Notes: generated by a model not told the origin, from the letters alone. A stretch of DNA of 64,000 nucleotides from Fibrobacterales bacterium (GCA_051532035.1 JAOPTW010000008.1:96001-160000), one strand, 5' to 3'. Positions 18,784 to 27,523 are shown, counted from the first letter of the stretch. A program made the numbers and translations.

Positions 18784-20721
18784 CTACGCTCCTAATCCAA
18801 TGATGGTTTGAAGGAGAGTATCAACAGTGTTGATAAATTTTGCACTCGCCTGAAACGTGTGCTCGAACTTTATCATATTTGCCATCTCTTCATCGAGAGA
18901 TACACCAGAAATCTCCTGTTGCCGCTTATTGAGCTGCTCTACAATATGCTCACGGGTCTCTTTGTTTGCTTCAGCCTCATTTCGTTCAACACCGAGTCGA
19001 CCGATAAATGAGGAGTAATACTCTTGTATCGTCTGAGTAGGATTGCCCAGCGAGTCGGGAATCATAGTGAGTTGTTCACGAATATTTGCGATATTTAGTG
19101 CATTTTCACCATCACCACGACCACGATATTTATCTGTCTTATGATTGAATTCTACAATAACTGTATCGCCAGCTACAAAACGAGCAGTATTTACAAATGA
19201 GATTATACCATTATCATAATCAACAACATAGTCACCACCGGGCCCCTCTTCAAGGACATCATTGGGAGGGCGACTATCTTTAACCACAACAGAAGCTGCA
19301 TCCAATTCAGTATATTGTGGATCAAAGGACGTTAAATCAATTGAGATAGTCGCAGGATAGGTTGCAGGAATCTGTACGCCCCAGTCATAATTGACAGAGA
19401 CAGCCCCTAGAGCAGGAATTGCGCCACCACCGAGGCGTGTTACTGTTCCATTGAGGTAATCGACAGTATAATCAACACCCTCTGTCATCACAGCACCACC
19501 GGAAACAACGGTCATTGAATTGGCCGCAATACGAGTATCAGGTCTATTCACAAACGTTGAATCTGTAGTTAAATCAATGATATCACCCGCAGGAAACATT
19601 GTACTAGAGTTCACATTATCGCCAGAAACATTACCCGCTTGAGACTGCCCACCAAGCGCTGCCGCAATACTATTAACGCTGTTCAGGACTGAAGAACTAA
19701 TTGCAATATTGCCCGCATTAGTATTATTGGCCTCAAAAAAGTTAACCCCAGTAGTTAAATTAAGGGTATACCCCTCATTGTGAATCGAGTTAACCTCTTC
19801 TACAAACACGCTTGCCATTTCGTTAAGCTGCGCAATAAAACTTTCAATGCGCTCATCTCTGCTTTCAAGCATCCCGCCTACACGCCCTGAAGCTGGTGCA
19901 AATTCACGCTTGTTATTAGAGTATTTCATTATAACTTCAGAATAGGTATTCCCCAAGGAGTCAACTTTTTCGTCGCGCCCAAGTAAAATATCTACTGTAG
20001 CCGAAGGGGTTACAATCACATTACCCATGGTCGTTACGGTATACTTTCCAAATTCATCTTCAAAATAATCTATTGGAATAAGCTCAGAAAGTTCTTTCAT
20101 GACCAGGTCTCTTCGGTCACGGCTATCATTTGCATTTGAACCTGGAGAGAGTTCAACTTGAGTGATCTCTTCATTGAGTCTATAGAGCTCTTTAGTGAGG
20201 CCATTTACTTGTTCAACAACCCCCTCAATATCCCCATTAACAGAGAGTTTAAAATCACGCAACTCAGTCGAAAGGGTGTGAAATTGATTTACCAACACTT
20301 CGCCTGATGCACGCACTGTCTCACGAGCAGAAAGGTCGGCAGGGTTATTCACTAGATCTTGCCATGAGTTCCAAAAATCATCCATTGACGTGGTCAAACT
20401 ATTATCGGAAGGCTCATTAAATACATTTTCTATACGCTCTAAGGTTTTATCAATGACTTCATAATACCCTTGTTCTGTAAGCTGTTTATCAATTTGTCTG
20501 TCAATGAATACATTCCTGATACGCTCAACGCCACTAATGTCAACGCCTGTACCCATTTCACCATAGCCGTCGTCTCTCCGCGCACCCGCAGTAACACTGA
20601 CTCGCTTCCGTGAATACCCATCGGTATTCGCATTGGAAATGTTTTGACCAGTTACATCGATAGCAAGTTGTGACGCTTGTACCGCATTTATCCCAGTATT
20701 TAATGCATCAAGAATACCCAT
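18784..20721 (-). CDS. flgK: Flagellar hook-associated protein 1 FlgK
   Basis: NISNANT.GYSR N-terminus and ISGVSLDEEMANMIKF C-terminus. Confidence 0.95.
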   Translation of the reverse strand: MGILDALNTGINAVQASQLAIDVTGQNISNANTDGYSRKRVSVTAGARRDDGYGEMGTGVDISGVERIRNVFIDRQIDKQLTEQGYYEVIDKTLERIENVFNEPSDNSLTTSMDDFWNSWQDLVNNPADLSARETVRASGEVLVNQFHTLSTELRDFKLSVNGDIEGVVEQVNGLTKELYRLNEEITQVELSPGSNANDSRDRRDLVMKELSELIPIDYFEDEFGKYTVTTMGNVIVTPSATVDILLGRDEKVDSLGNTYSEVIMKYSNNKREFAPASGRVGGMLESRDERIESFIAQLNEMASVFVEEVNSIHNEGYTLNLTTGVNFFEANNTNAGNIAISSSVLNSVNSIAAALGGQSQAGNVSGDNVNSSTMFPAGDIIDLTTDSTFVNRPDTRIAANSMTVVSGGAVMTEGVDYTVDYLNGTVTRLGGGAIPALGAVSVNYDWGVQIPATYPATISIDLTSFDPQYTELDAASVVVKDSRPPNDVLEEGPGGDYVVDYDNGIISFVNTARFVAGDTVIVEFNHKTDKYRGRGDGENALNIANIREQLTMIPDSLGNPTQTIQEYYSSFIGRLGVERNEAEANKETREHIVEQLNKRQQEISGVSLDEEMANMIKFEHTFQASAKFINTVDTLLQTIIGLGA

Positions 20722-20722
20722 A

Positions 20723-21238
20723 TCAGACCTCCTTGTTAAACAAGCTCCTCAGCTGTCTATTTCCTTGGTTAACCGTCCCGGTACCACCATAGGTTTTAAA
20801 TGAATTTTTCTTACCCCGATTCAATACGCTGGTCGCTATAGCGAGAGTTGTTTTGATATAATCCCGTGAAGTAGATATCAAACCATTATTGATAGTATTG
20901 ATTGCTTTCACTTTTTCAAAGAGAGGCTTAAGCTCCTTTACTAATGCGACAATCTCTTTTGCGTACGGATTCGTTGCATAAAACTTTTGAATATCAATCA
21001 CTTTAGAAAATGCTTCGATACCCGCCTCTTCTGCGAGTTGTTCCATCAACTGAATACGTTGACGCTCCAAGTCTTGCAGATCAACACTGATCACTTCAAT
21101 AGTGATATTGACCTTATTGATCGCATCAATATCATTTTTAATGAGGAAAATTTTCTGTTCTTCGGCACACTCAATGTATTTGGTGTATTCAAATTTGAGT
21201 TCACGAAGTGTCTCAGAAAGTTTTTTTACCTTGTCCAT
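20723..21238 (-). CDS. flgN: Flagellar export chaperone FlgN
   Basis: Helical protein with LE.QR and N..N..LI motifs, immediately upstream of flgK. Confidence 0.8.
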   Translation of the reverse strand: MDKVKKLSETLRELKFEYTKYIECAEEQKIFLIKNDIDAINKVNITIEVISVDLQDLERQRIQLMEQLAEEAGIEAFSKVIDIQKFYATNPYAKEIVALVKELKPLFEKVKAINTINNGLISTSRDYIKTTLAIATSVLNRGKKNSFKTYGGTGTVNQGNRQLRSLFNKEV

Positions 21239-21247
21239 CTTTGCCTC

Positions 21248-22039
21248 CTACTCTGTTGCCAGAGATGCTTTGTCTTTTAATACTTTTGTGACATAATTTT
21301 GAGTCTCCTTAAACGGAGGAATGCCACCATATTTTTCTACGTTCCCCGGCCCTGCATTATATGCCGCCAGCGCCAATGATTCATTATTATCAAATCTATC
21401 AAGCATCTTTTTCAGATACTTAGTACCCCCCATTATGTTATCACGAGGGTCAAACACATTACGTACACCTAACTCTTTTGCAGTGCCGTCCATAAGCTGC
21501 ATTAACCCCTTTGCGCCTACAGGCGATATTGCATAAGGATTACCAGCCGACTCATTTTTTATCACGCTTTCAATAAGGGTTGAATCTACTCCAAAAATTT
21601 CTGCTGCCTCGAGCACAATTGACTCTATTGATGCACCGTCACTCACAACCTTTTTCTCATCGGTAATCGCTGAAGCTTTCGTCTGCTGTGAAATCCCTCC
21701 AAGGGAATACGCCATATTCATTGCAGCATTATTCTTTTCAATAGTGATCGGAGCGGCTTTTTCACCCATCTGTTTATACAGAACCTCTGCAAGTCCAGTG
21801 GTAGAATGTCCTTTCGTGAGAAGCTGTGCATACTCTTGATCGAGCATCTCTGTAAAGATTTTTCTTCCCTGAGATGGCTCATTTTCTGAACCATACGTTA
21901 CGGTCTTACGCATAGATTTGAAAATCTCATTTACAAACATTGCCTCAAACTTCCGTGCAACGTCCCATTTCTGTTGCTGATCCGGAGTCAGGTTTCCCTT
22001 TTTTGGGTGTACTATTGTTTGTTGTGTTTCAACTTTCAT
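21248..22039 (-). CDS. flgJ: FlgJ-like protein: rod-binding domain fused to SLT lytic transglycosylase
   Basis: A..FEAMF...FKSMRKT...EMLDQE rod-binding domain; [16 protein letters not shown] and [10 protein letters not shown]23/SLT motifs. Confidence 0.85.
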   Translation of the reverse strand: MKVETQQTIVHPKKGNLTPDQQQKWDVARKFEAMFVNEIFKSMRKTVTYGSENEPSQGRKIFTEMLDQEYAQLLTKGHSTTGLAEVLYKQMGEKAAPITIEKNNAAMNMAYSLGGISQQTKASAITDEKKVVSDGASIESIVLEAAEIFGVDSTLIESVIKNESAGNPYAISPVGAKGLMQLMDGTAKELGVRNVFDPRDNIMGGTKYLKKMLDRFDNNESLALAAYNAGPGNVEKYGGIPPFKETQNYVTKVLKDKASLATE

Positions 22040-22080
22040 ATGAACATCCTGTTCACTCTATTCCATCTTCCTTAGTCAAA

Positions 22081-22096
22081 AGCAAACCCCGTGCCA
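22081..22096 (-). promoter_or_regulatory. sigma54 (-24/-12) promoter of flgJ-flgN-flgK-flgL
   Basis: Minus strand TGGCAC-GGGGT-TTGCT, exact consensus, about 41 nt upstream of the ATG. Confidence 0.85.
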
Positions 22097-22378
22097 AAAC
22101 TTAAAGTGCAGTTTTAAGGCGTTTTTGAAGGATTTTCTACTGTTGTACCTAAGGCAAGGCAATATTTGCATAGAGACAGGAGCATTGTTTTCCCTGAGCT
22201 GGCAAGATTTACCACAATATGAACACTGATATTTCCAAAATACTGATTTCATTGCATTTAAAAAATAAATTGGGTATCTTAATATATTAGCGCAACTTTA
22301 AGTATTGTACTCATTTGACGCTAGAAACCAACTTTTAAGGATGTCGGTCGGCTTTACAAGGCATCCATTGTGTGTGTA

Positions 22379-24358
22379 ATGAAACGAGAAAAACGAACAT
22401 CCCTGCTTAAAGGGCTCTTTGCCCATTTTTTGCAGTTTAACCAGATGGCACTTGCCTTGCTCATCTTTATTGCCGTTTTTTTTATCGCCTCTAAGGTCAA
22501 CTCGTTCAACTATCAGCAATATCTCAAAGAGAGCTCTCTCATACAGTCGTTCTACTTTAAAGCCTATATTCTTAATAATGCTCTTGAAAATGATATTGAT
22601 ATAACTCTCGATATTTTAGAGAAGCTTCCTAATCAAGAGACCGATATAGAACACCACCTTTTCCTCGTCGAACCAACAGGTGCCATTGATATAACTGGAG
22701 ACAAACCACCCCAGTACCTCCCAACCACAACACCACCCTACTCAGAGTTTTACCTACAAATCAAAAACACCACAATCGATTCACTCATCAACTTCCCTTC
22801 CATGCGCATGCTCCAATACCATTTTAATGACAAGCGCAGTAAACTCGCTCTTATTTTGCCAAACCGGAGCCCCATAGCTCTCTTTTTAGCAGAGTATGGA
22901 CTAAACCTCACTATTATGATTTTCGGCCTGAGTGTCATATTTTTGCTCTTCTATATATTTACCAAGAACCATCTCATCAAACCCATTACCATACTTGCAA
23001 AACATATTCAAAGCCTCAAGGATAACTTTGTCGACAGTCAAAACCTCCAAGACCAAGTCCCCAAAAACTGGCGACCACTCCTTGGTATCATCACACAAAC
23101 CTTTAAAAAGAATCGGCGCTATCAACAGGACCTCATTAATCAATTCTACCTAGACACCCTTACTGCACTCCCCAATAGAAACAAACTTCATTATGACATC
23201 GACAAAACCGCATTTGATGAACTCTACTTAATCTTACTCGATGTTGACTCATTTAAAGATATCAATGACTTTTATGGAACCTCTACTGGTGACTCAGTGC
23301 TTATTCAAATAAAAGAGCTCCTCCTCAATCAGATCAACAACCAACAGTGGAACCTCTACCGAACCTCTGGTGATGAATTTGCTATCCTATCACACACTCA
23401 AGTAGAAGGGCAAGACGCCCTTGCCTGGCTCGAAAAGTTTTTGACCATAACACAAAACACTATATTTAAATACCAAAACTACAAAATCAGAATTCGGTTT
23501 AGCCTCGGGGTAGCTATTGGTAAAGAGAATATTTTACGTAAAGCAGACATGGCCCTCCACGAAGCAAAGAGTAAACGCAAACATTATGTCATCTATAATA
23601 ATGCAACCATTCCTCAAGGTGAATTTGAAGAGAACATTAAGTGGACCAATACTATTTGTCACGCTCTCGAAAACCAAAACTTTGTTCCCTATTTTCAACC
23701 CATATACAACAACCGCAGCCATGCAATTGAGAAGTACGAATGTCTTATCCGACTCATTGATGAAGCAGGAGAAGTGGTTGCCCCTATCAACTTTCTTCCT
23801 ATTGCCATAAAAAACAAACAGTACAATTTGCTCTCTAAAATTATGATTGAAAAAAGTTTTGCTCGTTTTGCAGGAACAAAATTTGAATTTTCTGTGAACC
23901 TCTCTGCCGATGACATGCTGAACGAAGAGACAACCCGGTTCATCTTTGAACAACTCAGACACCACAACATTGGTCATCAAGTGGTCTTTGAAATATTAGA
24001 ATCCGATGGCATTGAAAACTACTCTGAAGTAAAAACATTTATCCGTCAAGCAAAAGAGTTTGGATGTAAAATTGCTATTGATGATTTTGGTACAGGGTAT
24101 TCTAATTTTGAACACATCCTGAGACTTGACATAGACTACATCAAAATTGATGGGTCTCTCATCCGCAATATTGAGAATGATAAAAACCTTAAAATATTAC
24201 TTGAAACAATTGTAGACTTCGCAAAAAAACTGGGTATCGAACTCATTGCAGAATTTGTCTCATCAGAGGGTATTCAGCAAGAGGTTCAAGAGCTCGGCAT
24301 TGAGTTTTCTCAGGGGTACTACTTTGGTAAACCCGAGCCTTTTTTACTTAAAGGGTAA
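22379..24358 (+). CDS. Membrane-anchored GGDEF-EAL protein (c-di-GMP turnover)
   Basis: Two TM helices, D.LT.LPNR, SGDEF, YECLIR, DDFGTGYSN, IKIDGS and QGYY motifs. Confidence 0.9.
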   Translation: MKREKRTSLLKGLFAHFLQFNQMALALLIFIAVFFIASKVNSFNYQQYLKESSLIQSFYFKAYILNNALENDIDITLDILEKLPNQETDIEHHLFLVEPTGAIDITGDKPPQYLPTTTPPYSEFYLQIKNTTIDSLINFPSMRMLQYHFNDKRSKLALILPNRSPIALFLAEYGLNLTIMIFGLSVIFLLFYIFTKNHLIKPITILAKHIQSLKDNFVDSQNLQDQVPKNWRPLLGIITQTFKKNRRYQQDLINQFYLDTLTALPNRNKLHYDIDKTAFDELYLILLDVDSFKDINDFYGTSTGDSVLIQIKELLLNQINNQQWNLYRTSGDEFAILSHTQVEGQDALAWLEKFLTITQNTIFKYQNYKIRIRFSLGVAIGKENILRKADMALHEAKSKRKHYVIYNNATIPQGEFEENIKWTNTICHALENQNFVPYFQPIYNNRSHAIEKYECLIRLIDEAGEVVAPINFLPIAIKNKQYNLLSKIMIEKSFARFAGTKFEFSVNLSADDMLNEETTRFIFEQLRHHNIGHQVVFEILESDGIENYSEVKTFIRQAKEFGCKIAIDDFGTGYSNFEHILRLDIDYIKIDGSLIRNIENDKNLKILLETIVDFAKKLGIELIAEFVSSEGIQQEVQELGIEFSQGYYFGKPEPFLLKG

Positions 24359-24361
24359 CCC

Positions 24362-24943
24362 CTACTTTTTCATAATAAAAGCAGAGACCTCTAATTGACG
24401 GAGCTCAATAAGCTTATCTTCAGCGGCATCCTTTGTCTCAAATACACCACCTCGTATTTTATAAAAAGGCGCATCAAAGATAAGTCTCAATGGTACCCCT
24501 GTTAGTTGATTTAAATACCTAAGACGTTTTTGAGCTGCATCAAAGTCTGCAAGAGTTGCGAACTGTAGAATATAGCTGCTCTCGTCTTTCTTCACTTCTC
24601 TATTTTTAACAAAGTAGAAGTCTTTGTTACTTTGCGTAGTGTCGATTCCCTTGAGGGTATACTCTTTACCTTTAAATATTTCATCGATAGGAGTTAAACG
24701 ATTATTTAACTTTTCTCGGTTGTAATTTGCTTCTGGATAAATAAATGCGTAGTGGCTGCCTGTAGTACGGCCCAATTCAACAGGCTTTGCAGCCTCTGTT
24801 CTATTTAAGCGCTCATTCTGTTGAGCAGGCGCATCTTGATGGGCATTTGAATGTGGGGAACTCCCCGCACAGCCACTTAATAATGAAAGCGTACTTGCAA
24901 CTGCTGCAATTTGGGCAATATAAAGAATTTGTTTGATTTGCAT
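24362..24943 (-). CDS. SPOR-domain lipoprotein
   Basis: Lipobox LSGC; C-terminal Y.LQ...A...YKIR.G.F.T...A SPOR-like domain. Confidence 0.75.
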   Translation of the reverse strand: MQIKQILYIAQIAAVASTLSLLSGCAGSSPHSNAHQDAPAQQNERLNRTEAAKPVELGRTTGSHYAFIYPEANYNREKLNNRLTPIDEIFKGKEYTLKGIDTTQSNKDFYFVKNREVKKDESSYILQFATLADFDAAQKRLRYLNQLTGVPLRLIFDAPFYKIRGGVFETKDAAEDKLIELRQLEVSAFIMKK

Positions 24944-25051
24944 AGCGTTCCTTTTTTACCACATATTCTAGGGGTTATACTATCTTAATGCACATTAAGG
25001 TGTGGCTATCACCTTTCCCCGTAAAAAATAAACTCTTACGAGCGGTGCTGC

Positions 25052-25858
25052 ATGGTTAAAGCGATAATATTACTTTTTATTACAATAATAGTGACTTACT
25101 TTGCAAAATTCCATAATTACTCGGTCGAACCGGTACGGGAACATGAAAATCTTGGCTGGGTACTCCCCCGAAGTACGACTCTCTCATTTCTTTTTGTTGC
25201 TCATGACGACGGTATTGACACCAATAATGTCAAAACGGGGTACCGCGTATGGTTTAATCCACCCAAGCAACCCCAAATGCTTTCACATGGCGAGAAGGCC
25301 CCCTTTCTTGGGAAAACACTCACCCTCATCGGTGACTCCATTGACCTCGAAGCAATTGCTCAGGTAAGTAACACCCTTATCGATGGCGGTGTACTCCACA
25401 TCATTGGGCGTCAAAGCATTCCAGAGGCACTCCTCAAAAAGCAGAGTGATCGCATACTCATAACTTCAGAAGTAATATATAACGACACCATAACGCTCCC
25501 CATGGGTGATGACTGCACAAACACCATTATATTTGACTCTGTTGGCAATTATACCGCCTCAATAACCAATACCCAGTACCACTACACAGTATCCAATCGT
25601 TCGAAACTCTATACTCAGCCCCTAAATATACCTGGAATAGAAATCTATTTGGCCTCTGAAACTCAGCCCAATTATCATACCGGCACAACAGTTCTCTACC
25701 AAAACAGACTCGATACCTCTCGGGCCCAGGATTCTACACAGATCAATATCTTTGAATCTGACAAAGCAGTGATTTTCTATGAGGATAAAAATTTTGGGGA
25801 GGACCGACTGTTGATTCGAAAGATTCATCTCAACAGTTGGCGAGCTGAAGCTCAATAA
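25052..25858 (+). CDS. Hypothetical membrane-anchored/exported protein
   Basis: 268-aa ORF with N-terminal hydrophobic segment; no recognised motif. Confidence 0.6.
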   Translation: MVKAIILLFITIIVTYFAKFHNYSVEPVREHENLGWVLPRSTTLSFLFVAHDDGIDTNNVKTGYRVWFNPPKQPQMLSHGEKAPFLGKTLTLIGDSIDLEAIAQVSNTLIDGGVLHIIGRQSIPEALLKKQSDRILITSEVIYNDTITLPMGDDCTNTIIFDSVGNYTASITNTQYHYTVSNRSKLYTQPLNIPGIEIYLASETQPNYHTGTTVLYQNRLDTSRAQDSTQINIFESDKAVIFYEDKNFGEDRLLIRKIHLNSWRAEAQ

Positions 25859-25908
25859 TCTTTTAGTACATTCAAAAAATACGAGGGCGGATTCGCCCCC
25901 ATAAATAT

Positions 25909-26343
25909 CTATGTTCTATCGTCTTGGATGTCGGTATCGAGATTGATATCACCACGCTCAATTTTTAGCGTAAGCTTTGCCGTAGCAAGAGCCTCTTTAT
26001 ATTCTTCATTATCTGGGTCAAGAGGGAGCAGTTTCTTTTCGAGAATATGCTCAGCTTCTTGTGGGCGCTCAAGAGTAAGGAGCAATGAACAGATTTGAAA
26101 CCATGCATCTTTATCATGAACATCTGTTGAAACTATCCGCTCATATTTAAGCAGCGCTTGTTCATATTCATCCATACAGGATAGGCAAATTGCCCATTGA
26201 TGCAATAGATCTCTATTATTAGAGTCGTGACTGAGTTCAGTCTTTATCATCCCAATAATTTCATTAAAAAGCGTCTCGGCATTAGAGTGCTGCTCTTCCG
26301 CCATCATCTCTATTGCATGCCCTATCTCATCTTCAAATTTCAT
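25909..26343 (-). CDS. TPR-containing protein
   Basis: Helical repeats (A...YE.AL..Y; AW...L..LE...EA...L..LDP.N); GGGGAG upstream. Confidence 0.65.
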   Translation of the reverse strand: MKFEDEIGHAIEMMAEEQHSNAETLFNEIIGMIKTELSHDSNNRDLLHQWAICLSCMDEYEQALLKYERIVSTDVHDKDAWFQICSLLLTLERPQEAEHILEKKLLPLDPDNEEYKEALATAKLTLKIERGDINLDTDIQDDRT

Positions 26344-26358
26344 ATGCTCCCCTTGATA

Positions 26359-27141
26359 CTACTTTTGTACTTCAACCGACTGTGGTCTTGGTGAAATTTT
26401 TATAAAGTGTAGTGCAGCGAGGGACACAATACAATAGACGAGGAAATAATAGAAACCCGGACCTACCCACGCATCAGAAAGAAGGTCGATGTTTACCTGC
26501 ATCTTCATAGACATCACTGACACCTCTTTCATTACCTGTTGTGCTTGGTCCTTCATTGAAAGATACCCAAGGAAAATAGCACACACAAAGACATCAGCCA
26601 TAGACCACTTGCCAATGGTCTTAACAAAGTTATAGAGGCCCCGCTCAATTCTTACATTTTTAGAAAAAAGCACTATAAGGAGCATAAAGCCTTTTGCTAT
26701 GGGTATAATTGCACTAAAAATAAGAATGAGTGTTGCCACCAAGTATTTATCATATTCATAGAGGTCACTCACTGTGCCAACGATAGACCGTTGTTTGTTC
26801 ATTATGGTTGCATTAAAATCGGCAACCTGTTGTTTAAATTGAGGGATTGACGCGTTAACTTGAGTACTCATATCAATGGTAAGCATTGTCTCAGTAAGTC
26901 CAGGATAGAGTACTGCAAACGAGAGCATAATTAACACAAGCCCAACTTTATTACTGAGGCCAATTCTTGTAATGGCACACGAAACAGCAATAACCATAAA
27001 TTTTATAAGCGTAGGCCATGCTAAAAGTGTATATCCAACGCGAGTACCCTCTACAATAGCGTCTGCTATGATCAAATCGGCATATATTGAACCTAAAAAA
27101 AGTGTAAAAAGACCTAAAAGGGTCCATCTTCTCCAATGCAT
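26359..27141 (-). CDS. Paraquat-inducible protein A (PqiA) domain membrane protein
   Basis: SI...V..L, FS.IIP..K, IGKWSMADVF and GFYYF motifs. Confidence 0.8.
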   Translation of the reverse strand: MHWRRWTLLGLFTLFLGSIYADLIIADAIVEGTRVGYTLLAWPTLIKFMVIAVSCAITRIGLSNKVGLVLIMLSFAVLYPGLTETMLTIDMSTQVNASIPQFKQQVADFNATIMNKQRSIVGTVSDLYEYDKYLVATLILIFSAIIPIAKGFMLLIVLFSKNVRIERGLYNFVKTIGKWSMADVFVCAIFLGYLSMKDQAQQVMKEVSVMSMKMQVNIDLLSDAWVGPGFYYFLVYCIVSLAALHFIKISPRPQSVEVQK

Positions 27142-27217
27142 AGTAACTCCAAGTGTTTTTTAAGGAGCCTCAAAAATAGCAAAATTTGACTCTATTCACT
27201 ATGGAAACCTATATCCG

Positions 27218-27247
27218 TTGACAATAGCTTTATATTTTTCTTAATTT
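27218..27247 (+). promoter_or_regulatory. sigma70-type promoter of bS22 gene
   Basis: TTGACA-N18-TAATTT, about 30 nt upstream of the ATG at 27278. Confidence 0.55.
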
Positions 27248-27277
27248 AGTCGCATTCACTAATAACATGAGAAATAC

Positions 27278-27373
27278 ATGCCATCTGGAAAAAAACGCAA
27301 GAGAAAAAAGATTGCTACGCATAAGCGTAAAAAAAGACGTCGTAAAGACAGACATAAGAAAAAAGGTAAATAG
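27278..27373 (+). CDS. 30S ribosomal protein bS22 (AURKAIP1/COX24-like small basic protein); not in ORF track
   Basis: Manual translation MPSGKKRKRKKIATHKRKKRRRKDRHKKKGK*, closely resembling Bacteroidota bS22. Confidence 0.88.
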   Translation: MPSGKKRKRKKIATHKRKKRRRKDRHKKKGK

Positions 27374-27398
27374 GCCTTTTTCCTAAATAAAAATATTG

Positions 27399-27509
27399 AA
27401 AAGGAAGACCCCTTTCAGTACATATCTAAAAGTGCACTCGTGCTGAGTAATCTTCTTGGCTACAATGGGCCATTTTAGGAATGTTCTGGATATAACGGGT
27501 CTTCTTTTT
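27399..27509 (+). ncRNA. Candidate structured RNA / long 3'-UTR hairpin
   Basis: About 110-nt imperfect rod closed by AAAAGGAAGACCC/GGGTCTTCTTTTT, with several G-U pairs that form only on the + strand. Confidence 0.45.
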
Positions 27510-27523
27510 TTATTTTTATCCCC

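Noticed and set aside
22140..22378. c-di-GMP riboswitch between flgJ and the GGDEF-EAL gene
   Set aside because: No recognisable GEMM-I or class II architecture; only a short stem.
27436..27465. SRP-like spacing CAAG-AAG-ATTA-CTC-AGCA on the minus strand
   Set aside because: No GNRA/URRC loop and poor flanking pairs; the G-U pairs favour the + strand.
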